A stretch of 64,000 nt of DNA from the human T2T-CHM13v2.0 reference genome, Homo sapiens, in assembly GCF_009914755.1 (NCBI RefSeq), contig NC_060926.1; one strand, written 5' to 3'. Within the stretch, counting starts at the first letter, position 1; each line of letters starts with the position of its first letter. Position numbers and translations under genes: made by a program. The notes under the pieces are model-generated. The model had not been told where the DNA came from, searched no databases, and saw nothing but the letters and a program-made list of their open reading frames with translations. Below, piece after piece: positions 28,988 to 44,933 of the stretch.

Positions 28988-29919
28988 CTCTAGGACCTTC
29001 CCTCCTCACCTGGGAATCACTATGTTGATCGTACTAGCTCATCTGGTCTTCACGTTTTTTAAATGAGTTATTATAAATGAAAAGTGCTTTGTTCAAATGT
29101 GAGTTATTATCACCATCATGCAACCAAGCCAGATTTTGGAAACCCAGTTATTAGTCTGAAAACACATCCATCCCCTGTGTACTGTGTGCTGTTCTAGGAC
29201 TAGCAGGTGAAGAGAGGCCCAGTCTGAGGACAAGACCCTCGCCCTTGCTGAGCTACAATTGTGGTGGAGATTTGAAGAGGTCACATCAGTCACTGCTCAA
29301 GCAGTCACACAAACGCCAAACAGAACTATGATCTAGGGTCTGACTCTCTATGTAGACGGAAGAATTGTGTTAACTATAATTCCCTTCATCCACGAGTGTG
29401 CTCACACGACAGTCACACATGAGCCAAGAGCTCAAACTAAGCAAGTTGTTATGTCTCACTCTGGGGTCAAACCCATTACCTGGCATGCTAAGTTTTCTGA
29501 AGTTCCAATATATGAGTTTGTTTCCCACAGTTCCTTTTACTGAAGGGTGTCACTGAATCATTTGTATCTGGACAGCTCCTGCCACCTCCCCATTCTCTGT
29601 AGGCTTCTAGCCACTTGAAAGCCTGGTGAGGCATAGGGGCTGGACAATCCAATAAGCAACAGGCTGAGTTTTTGCTGAGTGTGCACCCTCTGTGGCATGT
29701 GTGCAGGACACAGAGACATGTCCTGCCACTCTCTACCAGGTAGCTGAGGTCCCAATGCCAGGAACTGCAGAGATAGCTTGCTAGCATTTTAAATACTCAA
29801 AAGTGAGTGGAAGAGGCACAGCAGGGCTGCCACCACTCAGCCTCATCTTGCAGAGAGAAGCACACTGAACGGCTGGGAGGGAGGAAGGTCAGTACAGCAG
29901 CCTGCTACCCACTGTTGGC

Positions 29920-30090
29920 AGGCGCTGGGCTGGAATCATCCCTGGTCATCTCATTTAATTCTCATGAGAAACTTTGTGAAAATATCCATTCCTATTTTAC
30001 ACACAAGGAAACGGAGGCTCAGAAGGTGAAATGACTGGTCCACTTATCTGGAGCAAGAAGGCATTGGTTCTGGGACTTGCATGTCTGTGA
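29920..30090 (-). mobile_element. MIR
   Basis: ATCTCATTTAATTCTCA...TATTTTACACACAAGGAAACGGAGGCTCAGA. Confidence 0.7.
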
Positions 30091-30456
30091 TTCCAAAGCT
30101 GGTCTCCACCTCCCACACCAGACTACCAGAGGCTAAATGCCAGAAAGCAGCAGCAGACCCTTCCCTTCCACAAAGGCAGCTGGAAGCACGGACATGGAAC
30201 ACATCCCAGGGGCAGGGCAGGCCTGCTGGAAACAGTGAGCAGGAGCTAGGAACTGAACAAATGGCATTGGCCCTGGAACTATGCCACTGCTCAGCAAGGA
30301 CGACAGCAATGGGGACTCCACTCTGTATTACGACATGGCTGAGTTCCAAGGAAGGGGCTCTTAAGCTGTGCACTGATTCTGATTCCTCTATCTCCATGTC
30401 CAAACTGCTCCTCATGACCCGTCTGTTCAGCACCCCTGGCCACATGACTGACTCAC

Positions 30457-30585
30457 CTCCTTATGGGAGTCTTTGTGGGCTTCCAGAGTCTTCATAATCG
30501 TCAGCTCGGCGTAGTTTTTAAATCTTGCTGGTTGATTTCTCAGAATTTCCCTCAAAACTCTTAACGCCAGTGCTCGAATTGAATG
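30457..30585 (-). CDS. CLASP1: CLASP1 coding exon (129 nt, phase 0-0): HSIRALALRVLREILRNQPARFKNYAELTIMKTLEAHKDSHKE
   Basis: Acceptor TTCTAG|CAT, donor GAG|GTGAGT; translated by hand, absent from the ORF track. Confidence 0.96.
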
Positions 30586-32378
30586 CTAGAATACAAAGGG
30601 AAAGGAAGACATCACCAAACACCACACAGCACTTTCACACACAGCAGTCAGCAGGGTCGGCAAGGCCAAGCACCCAGTTCTGGGTTCCCTGGAACCTCGC
30701 AGAACCCTCTAAACAGATCACACAGTTCACTTGAAATCAGCTTTACTTGACACTGGCTCTCTAGACATCAGCTCCATGAAGGCAGGCACTGTGCCTTAGG
30801 GTGACATTCCCAGGACCCAGCGCCTGACAGGCACTGAGAAAAGCTACTTGAACGAGCCATGCACTTGAGACCAAATGAGGACGATATACCTAAGTTCATT
30901 ATCAGTTTTCTGGGGATTTCCAGATTTCCTGAGGCTTCAGGCTACAAATTATGCTTCTGTAAAATGTATGAAAGAATGTGTATAAAGCACCTGGATGTTT
31001 CATCAACACAGCCTGTAAGAGTGAACTCCACCTAAGGACAGTGGAAGGCCTGTCATTATTCCTGACCTTCCATGTGATGAGATCACTGGGTGTGTACAGG
31101 CCTCGAGTTGGTTAAGGCCAGAGTCACGCATCTGGAGGAAAGCCATTCCAAACAGACTCCTGATCTCAATAAAAGAGAACGTAGTTTACACCAAACAGAG
31201 CCAGAAAGTACATCCTGATTCTTTGCCACTCATCTGTACAGTTCACACACTAATACACCATTTACCTGTCTTCTACATGACATCACTTTATCTCCCAACA
31301 GAGCCAACAAGGCATAACTGCCTTACGAGCCAATACTTTGTTTTTTTTAAAAGTATTTTTAAAAAGTTTTTTTTAAAAAAGTAAAACAGATTACTTATTA
31401 CCATTCTTCTATTTTTACTTATCCCTAAACCAAACCATTAATCCAAAGCATCAGAAAGCTATCTGAGTCACCACGGCATGGCATGCAGCAGCCTCCCTGT
31501 CACTCAGTTGCCATGCAAGTCCCCTCTAGCTGGCCCTGGGCATGGCCTGCCACCTCCTGGCAATCCTCCCATCCCCTTCCTCCAGCCCCTCCCCACAGCA
31601 CTCTCTTCTCATTTCTCTTCTCCATGTGGATGGAGAAACTTTTTCTTGTAGAGGTTTAATTCTGGTAATTCTCAGCATCTATTCCTGTTTCCATATAAGG
31701 GACCAGCTCCACAGGTGGGAGAAGGCAGGACTTTGACCAGATTACTCCCCCCTTTAAGAGTTCTCTATGTGCGATGTGCAGATCACAGACCAGGCATGTC
31801 AGAAATGCCTAGTTTGTCACATTCAAGTGTCCCAGCATGATGAAGCTTTTTTTATTTTTAAATTAATAATACAAAAATCAGAATCATGCTTCTGGAACCT
31901 GCCACTTGACTGATTAAAATTATTGGAACTCTTAACATATGTAGGGGGGGACCAAGATGGAATTTCATGGAATGTAGCATTTAATCAGGTCTTTTAAAAT
32001 GAAACTTTTTCTCAATTACATATGAAACAAAAATGAAACTCACAAGTAAAAAAGTACATCCTAAAAGACCACATTCTATGCTAATAAAGTTTTAAGAAAT
32101 TCTGTGTTAAAGCAACTAGATGCAGGAATGAAGTTTCCTCAACTACTATAAACCCAGTTGCAGACCATGCACGTAAGCCAAGCAGCAGCTTGTTGCTGAT
32201 AAAAACATGACCTTACTAAACGTGCTCAGAAAATATGTGAAAAATGAACAAATAAATGTTTTGATGTAAACAGTAAGCACAACCCAGAAAGTAAAGCTGA
32301 AGCTAAGCCCAATAAGAAAAGGACATCGTGACCCCATTACATGGAAAGGGGCAAGATAAGGCCAAACCAGCATCTCAC

Positions 32379-32569
32379 GTCTTTGTCTCCAAGGGTCTCC
32401 AGCAGCAGGAGCAGAATGGTCTTGAAGTGCTCCTCCCAGACACCAAGGCTGTCTTCCCGCGTGATCTTGAGCAGCTCCAGCAGGGCTCCCTTCCGTTCCT
32501 CCACTCGCTCATTGTGGTTGGACAGCTCTTTCAGAAGGTCAGCCACCAGGTCAGAATGGTCGATGGGCA
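32379..32569 (-). CDS. CLASP1: CLASP1 coding exon (191 nt, phase 1-0): (V)PIDHSDLVADLLKELSNHNERVEERKGALLELLKITREDSLGVWEEHFKTILLLLLETLGDKD, start of C-terminal CLIP-interacting HEAT domain
   Basis: Acceptor TTTCACCAG|TG, donor GAC|GTGAGA; inside ORF 32337..32597. Confidence 0.96.
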
Positions 32570-34872
32570 CTGGTGAAACACACCAGACATACGTCACCTC
32601 GTGAGGAAATGCCCAGCACAGGGGCTTGCTCAGTGGTGCGCAGTGATCCTTCCCTTCCTGCCTCCTCTCCCAGAGGCGATGCCTCCTTCACGGTTCCCCT
32701 CCCACCCTCCGCCCTGCTTCGCTGTCCGGCCTCAGCCTACACACCCTCCACCAACCTTCTCACCAAGTTCACTGTGAAAGCAGAGGTGCGAGACCAGCTG
32801 TCCAGTACCAACAGTCAATGTCTTCACCCTTCCTTGCTATCTTTTCCCTTCTACTTCAGACAAAGAGAAGAAATGCCTGTATCCGCCAAAGCCCCTCCTC
32901 AACCCTTTTATTTTCTGAAACTCTCTCCCACTGCCATGGTCCTGAGTCAGACCCACCACTGGACAGCCTCTTACCAGGGTCAAATCTACTCTCATACACA
33001 CATACTCCTCAAGGCCTCCTCACCATCACATCTGATTATCCTCCATTCCCTTCTCAAATGTCTACAGCTTAGGAACCAGCATGGTGAACAAATACCAGTC
33101 AAGGTGTTTGGACTACTGGTGGACTATCTATGTGGAGACTAAAAACTGGCCCAAGATGACTCAACATAGTTACCTGCAGGGCTGTGAACACGGTTTCTAT
33201 GGCAGAAAGGCACATCCTTTCTCCTCCATGTTCTTTTAAGAAACCTGAACTCTGAATATTCAACTTTAAATAGAGAGGATGAAAAAACAAACAAATCAGA
33301 CAAGTTATTAGGAACTACTTAAATGTGTATTTGCATACTTCTTTAGCTTCTAAGATTGGGTAGCAAACACACAAGAAAGTCTGAAATGGTAAAGAACTCT
33401 GTCATTTCCTCCTGCCTTCCTATCTTTTCCTCCTTTTCTTTAAGCCTTTTAGTACACAGTTGGTGAATAACCAACACTGTAATTTCTACCCTAATCAAGA
33501 TCTATAAAGGATAAGGTAAACAATTCTATAAGCAATGAAAACAAATAGTCCACTTCTCCCAGGAAGTGCCAGTCCTTACAAACACTATACCCTAATAGCT
33601 CACTGTCCAGTAAACAGATGTGTGGGCAGAGTCTGAGATGCTACCCACCAGCATATAAGCAATTAATAGCCAAGTGATTAGGCTTTTAATCCCTACAGCC
33701 ATTTCTGCTTTCAAACAGAGAACTCCTCTTCTACCTTAGCATTCCCCTACTGTCTGATCCCTGCAAGAGGATCAGCTTTCTTTTCTTTGTGCCCCGACTG
33801 GATCTGGCATCTGCCTCCAGCACAGGCCTTCTCTGGTACTAGTGTGACCACTATCAGTCTGCTCCCCTGACAGACCTTGAGCTCTCTGAGGCCAGGCACT
33901 GTGTCTCATGTGCCTCGGTCCCTGGCAACCCATACACTTCATGACACACGGTAGGCCCTTAGTGAATGTTAACTATTTAGAATTCTAATGTAGGTTCTAA
34001 TTACTCATTCAAACTTGAGAAATAAAACAGGCTTCAAAACAATATTTTTTTAAAAGCACTATCAAATCGAAATAAACCAAATCATGTAACATGAGAGGTG
34101 AAAAAATAATTCAGTTCCCGAAAAAAACACCATTGTACAAATACATACTCATCACTCACTAGTTTATTCAGTAATGGACACTGGTCTTAACACAGGAGCC
34201 AGAAAGAAACCAGACTAGCTCTGCTTCTGCTCCCTACTTCCTATGTTATATGCTTACGTTACATTTTGGGCAAATCTTTCTGACCCCATACTTAGCTTGG
34301 CACCACACATGGTAATGCAAATGCTCAGTGTGTATGTCAAACCCCTGCCTCCCAAATGCAGCACGGAGGTCAACACAGCTCCAGGGAGACCTGGTTACAA
34401 AGCAGGTGTGAAAGGAGAGGGAAGCCTCAGAGCAGTGCTTCAGGATCTCACTCCACAGCTCGGGGAGCTGGGAAGCAGGTCCAAGGCCTTCACAAAGGCT
34501 GAGCCCGCGCTCGCCATCCTGTTTGTTCCTACACCCCTGGCCTACCTGGGCCCTGGGTTCTACAGCAAAACCTTCCTGATGGTAGAGTTGGCCTTCCCTC
34601 ATGCTCAGCTGTGGCAGTGGCTACTTCATATCACGTGTGACTGTTTATTTCCTCACTGCCCCGCTACTTGTGCTTCTGTTCACTGCCATGTTCCCCGTGC
34701 CCAAGCGCACAGTAGGGATTCAGTTAAGTAGTGCCTGAACAAATGACTAAGCAGAAAGAACAGACCCAGCGTCTCCATTTACATCTGACCAGTGGGCCTG
34801 GTGCTGGCCAGACGGGAGGGAGCACAAGGGAAGCACTTCTGGGTGGGGACAGTTAAGAAAAGAGACACCAAC

Positions 34873-35116
34873 CGTCTCGAAGCTGCTCCATGTCGTCATC
34901 GAACACAGCCTCTTTCAGGGCGGTCTTGTCGTAGGTGTTGATGGCATCTGAGTAGGGGTACGGGTTGTAGTCTCGCGCCCGCGGCCCCGGGAAGGCGCGC
35001 GGAGGCTGGGTGTTGAGTAGTGAGGTCTTGTTATCCAGAGCTGTCCGGCCTCCTTCTACTTCACTACCCCCCCGGCCCTCAGTGGCAGGGGAGGCAGCGC
35101 CCCCATCGCGGGACAC
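34873..35116 (-). CDS. CLASP1: CLASP1 coding exon (244 nt, phase 0-1): VSRDGGAASPATEGRGG...YDKTALKEAVFDDDMEQLRD
   Basis: Acceptor CTGCAG|GTG, donor GACG|GTTGGT; inside ORF 34853..35125; CpG-rich. Confidence 0.95.
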
Positions 35117-36119
35117 CTGCAGCACAGCACACTGTCAGTTCCCTTCTGGGACTTGTAATGGACATTTCCTTTGAATGCTCAGAAATATTAAGAAGGCCAG
35201 AGATTTTCACTTGAAATATGTATGGCCAGTGACAAAAGGACAGCTACTAGTACTGCAATGTAAAAATACCAAATCCGTAAACTACCATAAAAGGAACAAT
35301 ATACCTGCATTTATTTGCATCTAGTCTTTACGCTTTAAATCTCCTTTACTTTGTAATTTGATGATCCACTTTACCAAGATGTTTTCTGAGGGATGAAAGG
35401 CTCAGAAGCCTTTCCTTGAGAAGGAAAGGCTGTCCACTCACACCCCTGCTTTCAAGCACCAGACCAGCAACGGGGGCTTCTCACTGCGGCCCTGGCCCAC
35501 ATCCACAGACAGAAGCTCCTCCAACCGCCATCATTAAGTCTAATGGGTGTCATCCATCCCCAGATTAATTCCTTGTACTATATGTATTCCTGCCTAGTGC
35601 TGGGCCTCGGCGCTTCACAATCTCCTATGACAGAGAACTCAGCACCTCCTAGGCATATCATTCTTCTTTTAGATATTTCTGACTCAGAGTTGTTATGCTG
35701 GGTCAAAGAACAGGACTTTAGTATTTCCCAAATTTTTTTTTTTTCCCTAGTATATTCTGAATGTTGTCTTCAACAAATTCAACCGCTGGCCCTCTGACTG
35801 GGCCCTTGACATGGTATCGACAAGAGCAAATCACTTTTGCTTTTAGGGTCCTCTGCTGTGGGGCACACCACTGGTCTAGCCCCTTTGTAGGTGGCAGTGT
35901 AGCCCAGCAGGTGTGGGCTGGCTGCTGGCAACGGGGACAGACTGTTTTCCTCATCCCAAACATCTGACTACCCAACAACGGTGGAAACATTCCAGGCAGC
36001 CAGAACACATTGGTGACACCTATGGCAAAATTTTTACTTGTGCTGATGACAAGATACATTTCTCTCACTTTGTGCTAATGCATTTACACTTTTTTCCGGT
36101 TTTGGAAAAGTAGATGTAA

Positions 36120-36540
36120 CATACCATTTTGATCATTCCTAACATACCATTTTTGATCATTCAGTGTCATTAAATACATTCATGATGTTGTGTAACCATC
36201 ACCACTATGTATACCCAAAACTTTCTCATCATTCCCAACAAAAACCCTGCATCCTCATCCCTCTCCCTTCCCCACAACCCCTGGTAACCTTTATCTTACT
36301 TTGTCTCTTGGAATCTGCCTATGCTAGGTACCTCAGATAAGTGGAACTGCTGAACACATTCCACTGTGTGTATATACCACATTTTGTTTATCTGTTCATC
36401 TGCTGATGGGCACTTGGATTGCTTTTGCCTTTTGGCTCTTGTGAATAATGCTGCTATGACACACTGGTGCACAAACATCTGTTCAAGTCCCTGCTTTCAA
36501 TTCTTTTGGACTTGAATCTAGTGGAGGTGCTGGGATGCAT
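36120..36540 (-). mobile_element. L1MB-like 3' end
   Basis: TATACCACATTTTGTTTATCTGTTCATC...GTGAATAATGCTGCTATG. Confidence 0.85.
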
Positions 36541-37590
36541 TTGGTTTCTAACACCCACAAACAAAATTTTATAATTAAGATGTAAAAATAATACATAATA
36601 TATGCGTAGACAGAAACAAATTAAGACTAAAAAGGTATAAATCAAATCTTAACAGAGGTTTTCTCTGGGTGGAAGAAAATTCATGGATGGTTTTAATTGT
36701 TTCTTTTTATAAGTCTTCTAAAAATACCATTATAATGAAAAATTATTTATAAAAAAGGTAAGCCATTGAACAGGAGGTTTAAAAAAAACAAAAAAAGAGA
36801 AGGGTTTTAAAAATTTCAGACATTTAAAAAATAAAGCTCAACTCCCAATTCTAATCACTGTTAACAACAAAACCTTACTCCCTCAGTGTGTGTCTCCACG
36901 CAGGCTTTACGCAGCAGGAACCCGGTGTGCACGCTGGCTTCTGTTTTCCTTTCCCTACAGTGCAAGCACTTCCCGTGTGGATGAAGTTTTTGTAACCACC
37001 ATGTTTAATCACACCACTACCTCTACTTGTGTTTTAAAAAAGATTTACTCAGATGTTCCCCTTTAATATTTTTGCTACTGTAGATAATGCTGAAATAAGC
37101 TATCTTATGGAAATGACATTTTTTTTTCTTCTGTTGAGTTCTTTCTTTAGTGTAGATTAACCATACTGGGTAAAGAATATGCAAATCACTTTTGCTAAAT
37201 ATAATTTTACTGAGTTCCAAAACATTGTATCAGTTTCCCATGGCACCAACATTACACTAGATCCTTATGCTCTTTCTAGTATTAAATGTTGTAATTTCTA
37301 TTAAAGCAAAGCAGAAGAGAACCTTGATATAAGTCTGCTGTATTTCTGTAATTGACCGTAAGGATGGGCTTTCTCCCTATGTTGAATGTCTTCATTTTTG
37401 CTGTGTGCATCACCCTCCTACTGCATCTGACATTCATCCTATTGGCTTGTCTCCCTATATTGGGTTTCCTTGTTAGGCTTAAGAGGAGATGTACTGGCTC
37501 CCGAGTCTTTCACATTTAACACAGTTTTATATCCACCTCAATGTTTTAACTAAACATATGGTAAGTGGTGGCTAAGATGGTGAATTGTGA

Positions 37591-37934
<344 letters not shown>

Positions 37935-38485
37935 TAGCTTTGCTGCTCGAGGCCACATTCTCCAGCAGGAACAGCCACTGCTCTGACATGCAGCATCTTC
38001 ATGGCACTTCCTGACTCCTCCTGGCCCTGCAGCTCTGCCACTGCACTCCCCCCACTCCACCTGTCCCTAGGTGACACTGAGGCTTCCCAGGCCTTGCCCT
38101 CTTTATTTTCTCCCTCCCAAATTTCACTTCTTTCAACTCTCATCACAGTATTTTTACACTTGACAAAATCAGAAACCATCTAAATATACTGAAACAGGAC
38201 ACTGGGTGCCCATCTACAGAACATCATCCACAGGAGGAATCATTGAGAAGCCACAACTCACACAGGAACTGACGGAAAAGCACTCATGCCCTATGCTCAA
38301 CAGATGGACAGTGTGATATTACTCTTACAAAAGCAATACTCCACACACTCCCCTACACACATATATGTATAAATATACAAAAAGGAATAGAAAAATACAC
38401 CCTATAGTGTTAACACTGGTTATCTCTAGAGATGGTGATTTCTTCTTTTTCACTTTCTAAGTATCATTTTTTGGGCACATATTAA

Positions 38486-38827
<342 letters not shown>

Positions 38828-39479
38828 TAACCCCTCACGCATCCATCTTTTCTACTGTTCTTGATAGGAGTTCTGTTTCCCTAGTCAGATTCCCCCATTC
38901 CTCACAACAAGTCCCCCGCTTCAAAGCAGGCCTCCTTCCACTGCCCTGAGAAACCGGCAGTGGGAACACGCTCTACTTCCTGCCTCAAGCCCCTAAAGCC
39001 GCCCTCCTCCCTAGCTAAGACCAGTCATTCTACCTGGGCCCTAATCTCACGTCCCCACGTCCTGAAGGATCGCATCCAATCATCTGCTCTCCTCCACTGT
39101 GTAGGCAAGGTTCTTCTCTCCACTGGCCCTGCTGGGAGAGATCTCTCCCATCTGAAATGCCCTTTGATCCTTATTTCTCTCCAGTTTGTTCCTCAACTTC
39201 TTCACCCACTGTGATCTGGTTTCCATTCTCAACTCTGCACTCAACTGTGCTCACAAGATCCAATGTACTCCTGGAAGTAACTAACTTTGGATATTGCAGA
39301 CTGTAACTACGTGTAAAGTTTATTTAAGAAGAAAAACATGGAAATCCAGTGAGCCCATTCTCGAAGGAAAGGTCTTAACTTTACATCAAAACATTGGCAA
39401 GTAAATGTGTATTTTATATCTTTTAGGTTAAAATAGAACATTTAATGTGGATAATAAGCAAATAATCCAATGGAGCCCT

Positions 39480-40317
39480 TTCATTTCATATGTGACCTGT
39501 TATCTCTTTGCAGCATGGCCCCTTTGGCTAGAATGTCCTTCCTGAAATAGTCTCCCTTATCTTCTATGCCACCACCCTCTCCTGGTCTCCCTCCTGTCAG
39601 CTCTAGCTTCTGTCCTTCCCTTAGTGTTGATGCTCCTTAGGATTCTGTCCTTATCCTTTACCTGGTGATTTCACTTACTTTTCTTTAGTTATCTTCAAGC
39701 AACTAATCAATATCTCTCAAATATCTAACTTCTGCCTAAATCACTGGCTGAAACAGACTGGTATATCCAAAGTCTCGATGGATATATTTGCTTGGATATT
39801 CCATAATTCCTGCAATTTGCATGTATTCAAAAGAGAATTCGTTATATTTCAAAGAGAGCATCTCCTTCTAGGGTAATATTTCACTGAATTGCACTAGCAT
39901 TTGCTCGACAGCCCCAGAAGACTTCTGATTCTTCTGTTTCTGCTCATGCCCTATTCAATCCCACTTCCTTCTGAATTATTCTCCATTCCATAGTTACAGT
40001 AGCCTGTCTAAAATATAAGTATGACTATGCCACTTCCCTGCTTAAAGATCCTTCAATGACTCCAGTATCACCAGGGTGAAGTCAAGGCATTGGCTGGGAA
40101 TACCCCAGTGAGCACATCCTTCCTGCTCTGAATCTCCCCAACCACTCCTCATGCCCACTCTTCTCCACTTCAGCCACTTCGAATAGGAAATCACACCATG
40201 CCTACATCCATGTCTTAGTCTTCAAACAGGCCCTCCTGACTATAACCCTCCTACTCGACCTAACAAACTCCTCTGGACCTCCATGCTTCAGTTCAGAGGT
40301 GACATAATCTCTTTTGC
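39480..40317 (+). mobile_element. Degenerate L2 (continues ~42990-43120 after the MaLR insertion)
   Basis: C/T-rich L2-like text, e.g. CCCTGCTTAAAGATCCTTCAATGACTCC. Confidence 0.55.
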
Positions 40318-40322
40318 ACATC

Positions 40323-42984
<2,662 letters not shown>

Positions 42985-43289
42985 ACATCCTCCCTAGGCA
43001 CCACAACTAGCCACGGGTCTCCTGGATGCTGAGCAGTGGCCATACTCACTGCACCATGATCCTGTGCTTATCTGTCTGCCTCTCCCATGAGACTGGAGCT
43101 CTCAGAAAGCCATGGTGGTGTCTGGTTCAGGCTCACTATTTTTATTACATCATGAAACAAAACTATGTCCAGAATAAACAAAAGCAAACTGAGAAAAAAG
43201 GCACTTAACATTCCTTGAAAAGATAGCTGAGGGTTGCTCTTTTGAAATTTTGTAAAATTAATTACCTTGGGCCTCTTAATACTATTTTA

Positions 43290-44660
43290 TGGTTATTATA
43301 AAAAAGACAAAAAATAACAAAGGTGAGGTTTTGGAGAAAATGAAATTTTTATATACCATTGGTGAGAATGTACATTAGTATAGCCATTATGGAAAACAGT
43401 ATCGTGGTTTCTCAAAAACCTAAAAATGGAACTACCACACAACCAACAATTCCATTACTGGGAATTTATCCAAAGAAAGGAAATCAGTATATCAAAGAGA
43501 TGCCTACACCCTCATGTTTGTTATAGCACTATTCACAATAGCCAAGATACAGAATCAATCTAAGTGTCCCTCAACAAATGAATGCATAAAGCAAATGTGA
43601 CATATATACACAATGGAATACTATTCAGCCATAAAAAGAAATGAAAGCCTATCATTCACAGCAACATGGATGAACTGGAGGACATTAAGTGAAATAAATG
43701 AGGTACATTAAGACCGAAATCATATATTCTCACTCATTTATGGGAACTAGTAAGAGTTGAGCTCATAGAAGTAGACAGTAGAACTGTGGTTACTAGAGGC
43801 TGGGAAGGGGTGGGGGGGGGTCGGGGAGGAAAACAGGCTGGTTAATAGCTGCAAAATTGCAGCTAGGTAAGAGGAATAAGTTCTAATGCTCTATAGCAGG
43901 AGTCCCTAATCCCCAGACCATAGACTGGTATTGGTCTGTGGCCTGTTAGGAACTAGGCAGCACAGCAGGTGAGCAGTGGGCAAGTGAGTGAAGCTTCATC
44001 TTATTTACAGCCACCCCACATTGCTCACATTACTGCCTGAGCTGTGCCTCCTGTCAGATCAATGGCAGCAATAAATTCTCATAGGAGCGTCAACTCTATT
44101 ATGAACTGTGCATGCGAGGGGATCTAGGTTGCGTGGTCCTTATGAGAGTCTAATGCCTGATGATTTGTCACTGTCTCCCAGCACCCTCAGACAGGGCCAA
44201 CTAGTTGCAGGAAAACAAGCTCAGGGCTCCCACTGATTCTACATCATAGTGAGTTGTATAATTATTTCATTATATATTACAATGTAGTAACAATAGAGAT
44301 AAAGTACACAATAAACGTAATGTGCTTGAATCATCCCCAAACCATCCTCCCACCAACTGGCCTGGTCTGTGGAAAAACTATCTTCCACAAAACCAGTTCC
44401 TGGTGCCAAAAAGGTTGGGGACTGCTGCTCTAAAGTACTGTAGGGTAAATACAGTTAACAACAGTTTATTGTGTATTTCCAAAACACTAGAAGAGAGAAT
44501 TTTTCAATGTTCCCAACATAAAGAAATGATAAATGAGGTGATGGATGTACTAATTACCTTGATTTGATTATTACACATTCTACACATGTATCAAAATACC
44601 ACTTTGTATCCCATAAATGTGTATAATTATTACATGTCAACTAAAACTAAAAGGAAAACA
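43290..44660 (+). mobile_element. L1MA/MB 3' end, interrupted by MER1A
   Basis: GCACTATTCACAATAGCCAAGATA...CAATGGAATACTATTCAGCCATAAAAAG. Confidence 0.88.
43897..44427 (+). mobile_element. MER1A (hAT-Charlie), apparently full length
   Basis: CAGGAGTCCCTAA...GGTTGGGGACTGCTG; 8-bp TSD CTCTATAG/CTCTAAAG. Confidence 0.9.
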
Positions 44661-44782
44661 TTATTTTAACTACAGGATAAAAATAATGATGAAGCTCAGT
44701 AATCATGATGGTCAGTGTTCAGAAGTCTCATTATCTGTCATTTAACTCATACAGAGTTCTCTTTTAGCCTAGGGATACTTAC

Positions 44783-44933
44783 AATATCACACTCCTTTTT
44801 GCCATCTCGTTTAATTGGCTCATTCAGATCTTCTTGGCTTCGAAAACTAAACTTTTCAATGGCTTCTGTAACTCCACGTAGAGAACTATAGATTTCTTCA
44901 GAGTTCAGGTTCTCTGTATCATAGTCCAGCATG
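44783..44933 (-). CDS. CLASP1: CLASP1 coding exon (151 nt, phase 2-0): MLDYDTENLNSEEIYSSLRGVTEAIEKFSFRSQEDLNEPIKRDGKKECDI
   Basis: Acceptor TTTAG|C ATG, donor ATT|GTAAGT; inside ORF 44747..45013. Confidence 0.96.

Noticed and set aside
32573-33142. 189-aa plus-strand ORF beside a CLASP1 exon
   Set aside because: Non-ATG start, low-complexity S/P-rich text from the intron, no homology recognised
36117-36162. 22-bp tandem duplication TAACATACCATTTTGATCATTC
   Set aside because: Ordinary slippage duplication at an L1 edge
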